DNA of 64,000 nucleotides from Bacilli bacterium (GTDB taxonomy: Bacteria; Bacillota_I; Bacilli_A; RF39; UBA660), in contig JAVWTD010000002.1 of assembly GCA_036667875.1 (NCBI GenBank), positions 9,026 through 73,025 of the forward strand, written 5' to 3'. The translations under genes were made by a program, and so were the position numbers. The notes beneath the pieces were generated by a model. That model did no database searches. It worked only from the letters and a program-made list of their open reading frames with translations, and was not told where the DNA came from. Positions within the stretch are counted from its first letter, which is position 1, and each line of letters starts with the position of its first letter. Below are positions 46,489 through 55,864 of the stretch, one piece after another.

Positions 46489-48252
46489 ATGGATTATATT
46501 AAGAAGAAACTTTCCTTAGTACCAGATAAACCAGGATGTTATCAAATGAAAAACGAAGACGGAATTATAATCTATGTTGGAAAAGCTAAAAACTTAAAAA
46601 ATAGACTAGCTTCTTATTTTAGAGGAAACCATACTGGTAAAACTCTAAAACTAGTTAGTGAAATTAAAGATTTTGAATATATAGTAGTTGATTCAGAAAC
46701 AGAATCTCTAGTTTTAGAATTAAATCTAATAAAAAAATATGATCCAAAATATAACATCCTTTTAAGAGATGATAAAAGTTATCCTTATATTGAATTAACA
46801 ACGGGTACTTATCCTAGACTTAATGTCGTAAGAAATTTAAACAGGAAAAAGAATAATAAAAATAAAATGTTTGGACCCTATCCAAATGTAACAGCTGCAA
46901 GAACAACCGTAAATCTTTTAAATCGCATTTATCCTTTAAGAAAATGTACTACATTTAATAAAAAGCCTTGTTTATATTATCATATAGGACAATGTTTAGG
47001 TTATTGTTCTATAGAAGTAGAAAAACAAAAAGTTGAAGAAATGACTAATGAAATATTATCATTCTTAAAAGGAAATGATGAAATAGTAACAAAAAAACTA
47101 AAAGAAGAAATGAAATCTGAAAGTGATAAACTTAATTTTGAAAAAGCAAAAGAACTTAAAGAGATGCTTGACTATATCGAATATGTTTTAACTCGTCAAA
47201 AAGTTGAAACATCAGATTTTATTGATCGTGATATTTTTGGATACTACGAAAATAAAGGATATTTAAGTATACAAGTATTCTTTATAAGAGGTGGAAAGAT
47301 TCTTGAAAGAGTTTCTAAAATATTTCCGATGATTGACAATTCTTCTGAAGAACTTTCAAGATATATTGCTAAATTTTATGAAAAAAATATATTACCTCCA
47401 AAAGAAATTCTAGTACCATCAATTGTAAATTCTAAAGTTTTAGAAGAATACTTGAATTTGCGTGTTTTAACTCCTCAAAGAGGAGTAAAGAAATCAATAT
47501 TGGATATGGCTTCAGAAAATGCTAAAATAAGTTTAGAAAATAAATTTGAACTTATAAAAAGAGATGAATCTAAAACTATCTGTGCTAATGAAGAACTTAA
47601 AAATTTATTGGAATTAAAAAGACTAGACAGAATAGAAATATTTGATAACGCTCATCTTTTTGGAACTTATAGTGTTTCTGGCATGGTAGTATTTGTAGAT
47701 GGTGTTCCTAGTAAAAATGATTATAGAAAATATAAAGTAAGTGTAGAAATTAATGATGATTATCAAACAATGAGAGAAGTCATTTATAGAAGATATTTTA
47801 AAGTACTTAATGAAAACTTAAAAAAGCCTGATTTAATCATAGTAGATGGCGGGATAGGGCAATTAAACGTTGCACTTGATGTAATTGAGTCACTAGGTTT
47901 AAGTATCCCTGTAGTAAGCCTTAAAAAGGATATTAAACACTCTACTAGTGCCCTACTTAAAGAAGGAAAAGAAATTCCTATAAATAAAAGAAGTAATCTA
48001 TTTCACTATTTAGAAAGAATGCAAGACGAAGTGCATAACTTCACCATTGCATATCATAAACAATTAAGAAGCAAAGGTGCCCTTGAAAGCATTTTAGAAA
48101 ACGCATCAGGAATTGGAGAAAAAAGAAAAATAGAATTATTAAAAAAATATAAAACAATTAATAAATTAAAAGAACTTACTATTGAAGAACTAGAAGAGAC
48201 ACTTCCAAAGAGCATAGCTGTTAGTCTACATGAGTTTCTTAAAAACTATTAA
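46489..48252 (+). CDS. uvrC: Excinuclease ABC subunit C
   Basis: GIY-YIG N-terminus (PGCYQMKNEDGIIIYVGKAKNLKNRLASYF), UvrC-homology and C-terminal HhH. Confidence 0.9.
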   Translation: MDYIKKKLSLVPDKPGCYQMKNEDGIIIYVGKAKNLKNRLASYFRGNHTGKTLKLVSEIKDFEYIVVDSETESLVLELNLIKKYDPKYNILLRDDKSYPYIELTTGTYPRLNVVRNLNRKKNNKNKMFGPYPNVTAARTTVNLLNRIYPLRKCTTFNKKPCLYYHIGQCLGYCSIEVEKQKVEEMTNEILSFLKGNDEIVTKKLKEEMKSESDKLNFEKAKELKEMLDYIEYVLTRQKVETSDFIDRDIFGYYENKGYLSIQVFFIRGGKILERVSKIFPMIDNSSEELSRYIAKFYEKNILPPKEILVPSIVNSKVLEEYLNLRVLTPQRGVKKSILDMASENAKISLENKFELIKRDESKTICANEELKNLLELKRLDRIEIFDNAHLFGTYSVSGMVVFVDGVPSKNDYRKYKVSVEINDDYQTMREVIYRRYFKVLNENLKKPDLIIVDGGIGQLNVALDVIESLGLSIPVVSLKKDIKHSTSALLKEGKEIPINKRSNLFHYLERMQDEVHNFTIAYHKQLRSKGALESILENASGIGEKRKIELLKKYKTINKLKELTIEELEETLPKSIAVSLHEFLKNY

Positions 48253-48272
48253 CAAATAATAGTTTTTTTATG
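48243..48272 (+). terminator. Intrinsic terminator between uvrC and mutL
   Basis: ACTATT-aacaaat-AATAGT + T7, then a TGaTATAAT extended -10 for mutL. Confidence 0.6.
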
Positions 48273-48297
48273 ATATAATCTAAAAAAGGTGATAAAT

Positions 48298-50013
48298 ATG
48301 GGAAAAATACAAATAATGGATGAAATTTTAGCCAATAAAATAGCAGCGGGAGAAGTAGTTGAAAAGTGCTCCTCAGTTGTTAAAGAATTAGTAGAAAATA
48401 GTATAGATGCTGGATCTAAATCAATTAAAGTAGAATTAATAGAGGCAGGAACTAGATTAATTAGAGTAGTTGATGATGGAATAGGAATGGATGAAAGTGA
48501 TGCCATAAATGCATTTCAAAGGCACGCTACTAGTAAAATAAAAAATGAAGATGATCTTTATAGAATTAATACTCTAGGGTTCCGTGGCGAAGCATTACCT
48601 AGTATTGCTAGTGTTTCTAAAATAACATTAAAAACATGTACCGATGATATTGGAATAATAGTAGAAATGGAATCAGGAAGAGTAAAAGAAGTTAAAAAAG
48701 GCGATGCAAGAGTAGGCACAATTATTGAAGTAAAAGACTTGTTTTATAATACTCCTGCTAGACTTAAATATATTAAAAGTTTATATACAGAATTAGCAAA
48801 TGTTACAGAATATATGAATAAAATCTCTTTATCACATCCTGAAATAATGTTTACTTTAATAAATAACGATAATATTATTTTAAAAACAGATGGAAGAAAA
48901 GAATTATTAAAAACAATCAAAGATATATACGGAGTAGAAGTAGCAAGAAAAATGTTTAAAATTGAAGGGTCAAACGAAGATTATCTTATAAAAGGTTATA
49001 TTAGTTTCCCAGAAATAAACAGGAGCAATAGAAATCACATGGTAACTCTAGTAAATAATCGAGTAGTTAGAAATACCTTCTTAAACCAAATAATAAACGA
49101 TAGTTATCACACCTATAAACCTGATACAAGGTATCCTATAGTAGTCCTATATATCGAAGTAGACCCAAGTTTGATTGACGTTAATATTCATCCAACCAAA
49201 ATGGATATAAAATTTTCAAAAATGGAAAAACTTACAGAATTATTGAGTGTTACTATAAAAGATACTATAGGTAAGAAAAACTTAATTCCAAAAATTGAAT
49301 CATCACCTGAAACGAATATACCAAAACAACAATTTACATTTGATTTAGAAAGAGAAAAAGAGTTACCACTTTTTGTTAATGAAGAAATTTTAGAATATAA
49401 AGAAGAAGAAAAAAGACTTCCAGAAATGTATCCTGTAGGATTAGTTCATGGCACATACATAATTTGTCAAAATGAATTAGGTATGTATTTAATTGACCAA
49501 CATGCTGCAAAAGAAAGAATTAACTATGAAATTATAAAAGAAAGTTTAGGACATCCAAAAAATAAATTTACAAACTTATTAATACCATTAACAATAGAGT
49601 ATACTAGTGATGAATTCATTATTTTAAAAGAAAACTTAGAATTTATTAAAGGTTTAAATATTGGTATTGAAGAATTTGGAATTAATTCAGTTATAATAAA
49701 ATATCATCCAACATGGTTACCTATTGGAAATGAAATTAATACCATAAAAAAAATTCTAGAACTTATTATAATTTCAGAAAAAAACTTTTCTATAATAAAA
49801 TTTAATGATAAACTAGCCACACTAGTAGCCTGTAAAATGAGTATTAAAGCTAATACATGTATAACTATTCCTGAAATGGAACATTTAATAAACGATTTAA
49901 AAAAATGCTCTAATCCATTTAACTGTCCTCATGGAAGACCAACAATTATTTTTTATTCATCTTACGAATTAGAAAAGTTATTTAAAAGAAGTGGATTTGA
50001 AAACCTAATTTAG
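48298..50013 (+). CDS. mutL: DNA mismatch repair protein MutL (endonuclease-active type)
   Basis: GHKL ATPase N-terminus (ELVENSIDAG, DDGIGM). C-terminal DQHAAKERINYE matching DQHA(x)2E(x)4E. CPHGRP end motif. Confidence 0.9.
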   Translation: MGKIQIMDEILANKIAAGEVVEKCSSVVKELVENSIDAGSKSIKVELIEAGTRLIRVVDDGIGMDESDAINAFQRHATSKIKNEDDLYRINTLGFRGEALPSIASVSKITLKTCTDDIGIIVEMESGRVKEVKKGDARVGTIIEVKDLFYNTPARLKYIKSLYTELANVTEYMNKISLSHPEIMFTLINNDNIILKTDGRKELLKTIKDIYGVEVARKMFKIEGSNEDYLIKGYISFPEINRSNRNHMVTLVNNRVVRNTFLNQIINDSYHTYKPDTRYPIVVLYIEVDPSLIDVNIHPTKMDIKFSKMEKLTELLSVTIKDTIGKKNLIPKIESSPETNIPKQQFTFDLEREKELPLFVNEEILEYKEEEKRLPEMYPVGLVHGTYIICQNELGMYLIDQHAAKERINYEIIKESLGHPKNKFTNLLIPLTIEYTSDEFIILKENLEFIKGLNIGIEEFGINSVIIKYHPTWLPIGNEINTIKKILELIIISEKNFSIIKFNDKLATLVACKMSIKANTCITIPEMEHLINDLKKCSNPFNCPHGRPTIIFYSSYELEKLFKRSGFENLI

Positions 50014-50085
50014 GTTTTTTTCTTTTGCTCTCTTTTTTCGACAAAAAGTGCAACAAATATATGAAATAATATTAATGGTGATAAA

Positions 50086-50550
50086 ATGAAAAAATATTTA
50101 GGTCCAGTAATATGCTCATTAATAGTTGGATTTCTAGCATCAAAATTTATGTTCAACCAATATAAATATCAAGCTAACATAACAAGTGTTTTTAAAAACC
50201 AAACAAAACTATATTTTATAAGACAAGGCGTATATTCAACAATAGACGCCATGAAAGAAAACCTTGCTAAATTTGGTTATTATATTTATTCTACAACCGA
50301 AGACAAGTATTACGCATATATTGGAATTACAAAAGACTCAAACAATTTAGAAAAAATAAAAGGATATTATAAATCTTTAGGATATGATATATATGTACAG
50401 GAACTTTCAGTCGACAACAAAGATTTTATAGTTATTCTTGATCAATATGACAATTTATTAAATAGTGCAACTGATAACAAAATAATAGCAGCAATCATGG
50501 AAAACGTTCTTGTTGAATATGAAAAGAGGTGCTTAGATGGCAAGAATTAA
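50086..50550 (+). CDS. Hypothetical membrane-anchored protein, possible SPOR-like domain
   Basis: N-terminal TM, then a beta-alpha repeated segment (YAYIGITKDSNNLEKIKGYYKSLGYDIYVQE). Confidence 0.3.
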   Translation: MKKYLGPVICSLIVGFLASKFMFNQYKYQANITSVFKNQTKLYFIRQGVYSTIDAMKENLAKFGYYIYSTTEDKYYAYIGITKDSNNLEKIKGYYKSLGYDIYVQELSVDNKDFIVILDQYDNLLNSATDNKIIAAIMENVLVEYEKRCLDGKN

Positions 50551-51220
50551 AGACATCCCTTTATTAGATAGACCAAGAGAAAGACTTATAGAAGTTGGTA
50601 GAGAAAATCTTTCTAATGAAGAACTAATTTCTATAATATTAAAAACAGGAACAAAAAATAAAAATGCTAAAATGATAAGTAGTGAATTATTAATAAATCT
50701 AGGAGATATAAAAAACTTAAACAATATAAGTTATAATAAACTATTAGAAATAGAAGGTATAGGTCCTGTTAAAGCAACCGAACTTCTAGCATGTATTGAA
50801 TTAGGCAAAAGAATAAATACAAAAATTATAAGTATAAATAATATTAAATTTACTAATCCAGAAATAATTTATGAATACTATAAACAAACTTTAGGAAATA
50901 AAAAACAAGAACATTTTTACTGTATTTACCTTGATAATGCAAAAAAAATAGTAAAAGAAAAATTACTTTTTATTGGAACAATCGATTATAGCATGGTAAC
51001 ACCAAGAGAGGTTTTTAAAGAGGCTTATTTATGTGATGCAACAGGAATTATATGTATCCATAATCATCCAAGTGGTAATGTACTTCCTAGTAAAGAAGAC
51101 ATTAATTTAACTAATAAATTAATAGAACTAGGAAATCTTTTTAATATTTCAATAGTAGATCATATAATAATTTCAAAAACAGGATATTATAGTTTATATG
51201 AAAATGGTGATATAAAATGA
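50537..51220 (+). CDS. radC: RadC-family JAB/MPN domain protein (UPF0758)
   Basis: HhH N-terminus. HNHPSG motif. Confidence 0.85.
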   Translation: MARIKDIPLLDRPRERLIEVGRENLSNEELISIILKTGTKNKNAKMISSELLINLGDIKNLNNISYNKLLEIEGIGPVKATELLACIELGKRINTKIISINNIKFTNPEIIYEYYKQTLGNKKQEHFYCIYLDNAKKIVKEKLLFIGTIDYSMVTPREVFKEAYLCDATGIICIHNHPSGNVLPSKEDINLTNKLIELGNLFNISIVDHIIISKTGYYSLYENGDIK

Positions 51221-51921
51221 TAAAGAAAATATTATTTGTAATTTTTATAATTGTTATTTTGAATTTTACAATAAATGATTCTAGAAAACTATTATTTATA
51301 GAGTCAACCATAAGAAATACAGCCCTTTCCGTAAACCGTATTTTTACAATAAATAAAAAAGTAAAAATAAACAATGAAAAAGCCTTGAAAAGTGAAATTA
51401 AAGAATTAAAGGAACTATTAAAATTAAACACAATAACAAGCACCTATAAACTCACAAACGCTACCGTTATTGAAAGAAGTATTAAAGATTACTATAATAT
51501 AGTAACAATTGATAAAGGCTCTAAAAATGGTATTAAAAAGGATCAAGCAGTTGTTACAGGAGAAGGGCTTATTGGTAAAACATTAAAAGTAACAAAAAAC
51601 ACTAGTCAAGTAAAACTTATTACAAGTTCAGACATTTATAATAAAATATCTGTTTTAATAAATGAAAAAACTTTTGGAATATTATCAGGATATGATATAA
51701 AAACAAATTCATTTCTAGTAGAAGCTGATGAAGTAGTAAAAGAAGGAGACATAGTAACTACTACAGGCTTAGGTAATATTTATCCAAACGGTGTTAAAAT
51801 AGGGAAAGTAGTAAGAATATCAAAAGATAATTTTGACCTTTCATATATTGTTAAAATTGATTCATCAGTAGACATTAAAAATTTTCATTATGTAGCAGTA
51901 CTTGATAGATATAATGATTAA
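51217..51921 (+). CDS. mreC: Rod shape-determining protein MreC
   Basis: N-terminal TM, coiled coil, then beta domains (GLIGKTLKVTKNTSQVKLITSSD). ATGA overlap with radC. Confidence 0.7.
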   Translation: MIKKILFVIFIIVILNFTINDSRKLLFIESTIRNTALSVNRIFTINKKVKINNEKALKSEIKELKELLKLNTITSTYKLTNATVIERSIKDYYNIVTIDKGSKNGIKKDQAVVTGEGLIGKTLKVTKNTSQVKLITSSDIYNKISVLINEKTFGILSGYDIKTNSFLVEADEVVKEGDIVTTTGLGNIYPNGVKIGKVVRISKDNFDLSYIVKIDSSVDIKNFHYVAVLDRYND

Positions 51922-52264
51922 CTTCTTTATAGACTTAGTATGTTCTTCATTTATAGACAGCAAAACAATTCTACTAACCCTAAAAAATGAACACCTAAAA
52001 GCCTTTTTAATAGGCTTAATATATGATATAATTTTTAGCACATTTCCAGGTCTTAACGCTAGCGTGTTTTTAATAATAAGTTACATGTATAAGTATCATT
52101 ATATACTAAGATTATTAACCTATAAAATACTTACCTATTTAATCTTATTAAGTTACGCTTATATAAGTTTTAATTTAATAGTTCTTTTAAAATCATTACT
52201 AATTTTTACTATATTTAATTATTTATCATACATTATAATAAAGCGCATAAAATGGTTTAGGTGA
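51902..52264 (+). CDS. mreD: Rod shape-determining protein MreD (putative)
   Basis: Small polytopic membrane protein directly after mreC with a 20-nt overlap. Confidence 0.45.
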   Translation: MIDIMINFFIDLVCSSFIDSKTILLTLKNEHLKAFLIGLIYDIIFSTFPGLNASVFLIISYMYKYHYILRLLTYKILTYLILLSYAYISFNLIVLLKSLLIFTIFNYLSYIIIKRIKWFR

Positions 52265-52271
52265 TAATTTA

Positions 52272-52832
52272 ATGGATGATATATATACTTATAAAAGAAA
52301 AAAGAAAAAGAAAAATCATACAGATAAAATAATGATTTTAATAATAACTATTTTATCTACTATGATAGTATTAAAACAAAACCCAAAATTAAAAGACAAT
52401 ATATTTAAAAAGTTTTATGAATCAAACATAAATTTTGCAAGTATTAACGAAGTATATAAAAGTTTTCTAGGAGATGTTATTCCATTAAAAGCAACAACAA
52501 AAACAGTATTCAATGAAAAACTAGAATACACTAACAAAGAAAAATATCTAGATGGAGTAAAATTAAACGTTAAAGAAAATTATCTTGTCCCAGCAGCAAC
52601 CTCTGGATTAGTAGTTTTCATAGGAGAAAAAGAAAACTATGGAAATACCATTATAATTCAACAAGTTGATGGAATTGACTTAATGTATGGAAACTTAAAT
52701 ACTATTTCAGTTAAACTATATGACTACATTGAAAAAGGAAAAACAATTGGAGATACCTTAAGCACAAACCTCTATTTAGTATATAAAAAAGAAGGAAAAA
52801 TACTTAACTATGAAGAATATATTAAAGGTTAA
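52272..52832 (+). CDS. spoIVFA: SpoIVFA-like protein (TM + degenerate LytM/M23 domain)
   Basis: N-terminal TM. C-terminal AATSGLVVFIGEKENYGNTIIIQQVDGIDLMYGNL resembles the M23 fold without catalytic His. Sits before an M50 protease as in the spoIVF operon. Confidence 0.45.
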   Translation: MDDIYTYKRKKKKKNHTDKIMILIITILSTMIVLKQNPKLKDNIFKKFYESNINFASINEVYKSFLGDVIPLKATTKTVFNEKLEYTNKEKYLDGVKLNVKENYLVPAATSGLVVFIGEKENYGNTIIIQQVDGIDLMYGNLNTISVKLYDYIEKGKTIGDTLSTNLYLVYKKEGKILNYEEYIKG

Positions 52833-53532
52833 TATATTCTTTTATGTTATATTTATAATAACAATCCTTACAGGTAACTTCAAAACCTTCATAATAATTA
52901 CTTTAATTACTATCTTTCATGAATTAGGTCATATAATAACTGGAATTATTTGTGGTTTTAAAATAGAAAAAATAGTAATCGTTCCATTTGGTTTAATGAC
53001 AGTTTTTAACAAAAAAATAAATGAATCATTTATTAAAGATTTTCTTCTAACCATAATGGGACCTGTTTTTCAAATCTTTTTATTTCTTTTTATTAATGAT
53101 TCATATATAAATAGAATTAATCTAATTATATTACTTTTTAACCTTCTACCTATTATCCCATTAGACGGTTCAAAATTAATCAACATGATTCTTGAACTTA
53201 TCTTTTCTTATAAAACTTCTTACTTAATAAGTTTCTATATATCTATTATAACAATTGTCTTACTTCTAAAACCTACTTTAACTATCATATTAATTACAAT
53301 AATATATTTTTGGAAAAATATAGAATATATTAAAAACATAAAATTCTATTTAAATAAGTTTTTATTTGAAAGATACTTATATGGAATAAAATATACTAAA
53401 AAGCATGCTATAAAGACTCTAAAAGTCACAAAAATTAAAAAATTTGTTAAAAATATATTTATTACTAATAAAAGAATTATAAATGAAGAAGAAATTATTG
53501 CTTTAATGTTTGACAAATCAAGGCTTTTATGA
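52810..53532 (+). CDS. spoIVFB: Site-2 protease, M50 family (SpoIVFB-like pro-sigma-K processing enzyme)
   Basis: HELGH in a TM helix and NLLPIIPLDGSKL (LDG motif). Position before rplU as in Bacillus. Confidence 0.6.
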   Translation: MKNILKVNIFFYVIFIITILTGNFKTFIIITLITIFHELGHIITGIICGFKIEKIVIVPFGLMTVFNKKINESFIKDFLLTIMGPVFQIFLFLFINDSYINRINLIILLFNLLPIIPLDGSKLINMILELIFSYKTSYLISFYISIITIVLLLKPTLTIILITIIYFWKNIEYIKNIKFYLNKFLFERYLYGIKYTKKHAIKTLKVTKIKKFVKNIFITNKRIINEEEIIALMFDKSRLL

Positions 53533-53539
53533 TAAAATC

Positions 53540-53632
53540 TTTAATTGTGTAGAGCCTTTTACTCTACAACCGCACTGAAGAGGTTAAAAAACGAATACGT
53601 ACCTTAAAGGCGAGTCTGAGAGAATGTTAGGA
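53540..53632 (+). ncRNA. Putative ribosomal protein L21 leader (cis-regulatory RNA)
   Basis: 107-nt structured gap before rplU with an imperfect hairpin GUGUAGAG...CUCUACAAC and a GC-richer segment; the position corresponds to the L21 leader of low-GC Gram-positives. Confidence 0.4.
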
Positions 53633-53639
53633 GGATAAT

Positions 53640-53936
53640 ATGAAAGCTATAATCGAAACAGGAGGAAAACAAGTTTTAGTTGAAAAAGGTTCAGTAATCT
53701 ATGTTGAAAAACTAGACGCTGAAGCAGGAGCTGAAGTTGTTTTTGACAAAGTTTTAATGGCAGATGGTGTCGTAGGACGTCCATATGTTAGTGGTGCTAA
53801 AGTAGTTGGAACAGTTGTTAAACATGGTAAAAACAAAAAAATAAAAGTTTACAAATACAACCCAAAGAAAAAGTATCGTAAAACCCAAGGTCATCGTCAA
53901 CCATATACAAAAGTAGAAATTACTACAGTAAAATAA
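53640..53936 (+). CDS. rplU: 50S ribosomal protein L21
   Basis: [23 protein letters not shown] signature. AGGAGG RBS. Confidence 0.9.
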   Translation: MKAIIETGGKQVLVEKGSVIYVEKLDAEAGAEVVFDKVLMADGVVGRPYVSGAKVVGTVVKHGKNKKIKVYKYNPKKKYRKTQGHRQPYTKVEITTVK

Positions 53937-54238
53937 TGATAACTATTAATGTTAAAAAAACTAACGATAAAGTAGAACAAATAATAATCAAAGGTCATGC
54001 AGGTTATGACGTGTATGGAAAAGATATTGTTTGTGCTTCTGTATCTAGTATAGTAATAACAAGTGTTAACGCAATACTAAAATTAAATAGTAAAGCAATA
54101 ACTTATCATAATGATGATGTACTTGAAATACTAGTAAATGCGCAAGATAGCGTAACGGATATTTTACTTAATAATATGATAGATTTATTAATAGAATTAA
54201 GTGAAACTTATAAAAAAAATATAAAAATTAATATTTAG
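53936..54238 (+). CDS. prp: Ribosomal-processing cysteine protease Prp
   Basis: About 100 aa. GHAGYDVYGKDIVCASVSSIV catalytic Cys/His block. Between rplU and rpmA. Confidence 0.8.
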   Translation: MITINVKKTNDKVEQIIIKGHAGYDVYGKDIVCASVSSIVITSVNAILKLNSKAITYHNDDVLEILVNAQDSVTDILLNNMIDLLIELSETYKKNIKINI

Positions 54239-54253
54239 GGAGGTGACACTAAA

Positions 54254-54553
54254 ATGATGAATTTAATGAAGTTAAATATTCAATTATTCGCTCATAAAAA
54301 AGGACAAGGATCAACAAAAAATGGTCGTGACTCTGAATCAAAAAGATTAGGAGCTAAAGCAGCTGACGGAGAATTCGTTACAGGTGGATCAATTTTATAT
54401 CGTCAACGTGGAACTAAAATTTACCCAGGTGTTAATGTAGGGATTGGATCAGATGATACAGTTTATGCAAAAATACCAGGATTCGTAAAATTTGAACGTG
54501 TTGGTAGAGATAAAAAGCAAGTTAGCGTTTATCCAGAAAAAACTAATAATTAA
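54254..54553 (+). CDS. rpmA: 50S ribosomal protein L27 with Prp-cleavable N-terminal extension
   Basis: [27 protein letters not shown]...[28 protein letters not shown]. Confidence 0.9.
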   Translation: MMNLMKLNIQLFAHKKGQGSTKNGRDSESKRLGAKAADGEFVTGGSILYRQRGTKIYPGVNVGIGSDDTVYAKIPGFVKFERVGRDKKQVSVYPEKTNN

Positions 54554-54578
54554 TACAACTTATAGTTGTATTTTTTTT
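54554..54578 (+). terminator. Intrinsic terminator after rpmA
   Basis: TACAACT-tat-AGTTGTA + T8. Confidence 0.8.
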
Positions 54579-54642
54579 GATAAAAAGTTATAATGTTGAA
54601 TAGATAAGTATGACACTTATAAATTAGAATGGGGGGACATAA

Positions 54643-55158
54643 ATGAATTTAATAGCATTATGTTTAAAAGTATTCTTTTCAAGAATATTAGATGTTTCTC
54701 TAGGTACAGTTAGATTCATAGTAACTATCAAAGGAAGAGCACGCTTAGCAGCAATGATCGGCTTCATGGAAGTTTCAATATGGTTTCTAGTCGTAAGAGA
54801 AGCTTTAAACACATCAGAAAAAAGTTTATGGATAGCATTTGCTTATGCTGGAGGATATGCAGTAGGAACATTAGTAGGAAGTTTCTTATCAGACAAATTT
54901 GTCAGTGGTAATTTAACTCTTCAAATTATACTGAATAATGACGATGATGAAATAGTTAATTCAATAAGAAAAGCAGGTTATGCAGTAAGTGTAATTGACG
55001 TTAAAGGACAAGAAGAAGACCAACCAAAATACATGCTATTTATGGAAATAAACAAAAAAAGGTTAAAACACCTTAAAATGTTAATAAAAGATCTAGATGA
55101 CTCAGCTTTTATTGTCGTTAATGAAACTAAAATGGTTCAAAATGGTTACTTTAAATAA
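54643..55158 (+). CDS. UPF0316/DUF2179-family membrane protein
   Basis: Three TM helices plus a C-terminal DUF2179-like domain. Occupies the slot between rpmA and obg where spo0B sits in Bacillus. Confidence 0.5.
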   Translation: MNLIALCLKVFFSRILDVSLGTVRFIVTIKGRARLAAMIGFMEVSIWFLVVREALNTSEKSLWIAFAYAGGYAVGTLVGSFLSDKFVSGNLTLQIILNNDDDEIVNSIRKAGYAVSVIDVKGQEEDQPKYMLFMEINKKRLKHLKMLIKDLDDSAFIVVNETKMVQNGYFK

Positions 55159-55195
55159 TTAATTGCAACAAACATTTTTTAATTAGGAGGATATC

Positions 55196-55666
55196 ATGGA
55201 AAATTATAAAAATTTTTTAGTCACTGAAGAAGGATTATTATTTAATAAAGAATACCTAAATTATTTAAAAACTTATAAACCTGATTATGAATTATTAAAA
55301 AAATTAGAAAAAAAACAAATTAATAAAAGAGAATATAACTATCTTGAACAAACTAAAATGAGAAAAGCACTAAAAAGTTCAAAATATGAAACAAAACTTG
55401 TAAAATGGAACGATTTAGAAAGTTGGAAAATAACAGGAAGAACCGACAAATTTAAATTACACCTTAAAATTAAAAAATACAACCATGAAATTGAACCAAC
55501 TTTAATTGATGATTATAATGTAATTAATTATTTAGAAAAGAATTGTTACAATATTGGACATGTAGTTCGTGGTAAAGAATTTATTATTGCTAAATACTAT
55601 TTATACTTTATTTATTTTATTATTTCAGTCATTTTAGTATATATTTTTATTGGATTTTTAAAGTAA
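55196..55666 (+). CDS. Hypothetical protein with C-terminal TM helix
   Basis: AGGAGG RBS. No recognisable domain. Confidence 0.35.
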   Translation: MENYKNFLVTEEGLLFNKEYLNYLKTYKPDYELLKKLEKKQINKREYNYLEQTKMRKALKSSKYETKLVKWNDLESWKITGRTDKFKLHLKIKKYNHEIEPTLIDDYNVINYLEKNCYNIGHVVRGKEFIIAKYYLYFIYFIISVILVYIFIGFLK

Positions 55667-55810
55667 ATTACTAACTGTAAAAGTTTTTAGAGATTCTAAA
55701 ATTTTTAATTAGTTTTAGATATTTATGCATTTATTACCATTCTTAAAAAATGAATAGTGATATTTCATTAAATTAATAGTATCTTCTACACAAATAGTAA
55801 CGAAAACACT

Positions 55811-55839
55811 TGTATAAAGCCTCTCTTTCTAGTATAATA
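55811..55839 (+). promoter_or_regulatory. Sigma-A-type promoter for obg
   Basis: TTGTAT-17 nt-TATAAT, 25 nt upstream of the obg RBS. Confidence 0.5.
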
Positions 55840-55864
55840 TTTTTAGAAAAGAGAGGTGTTTTTT

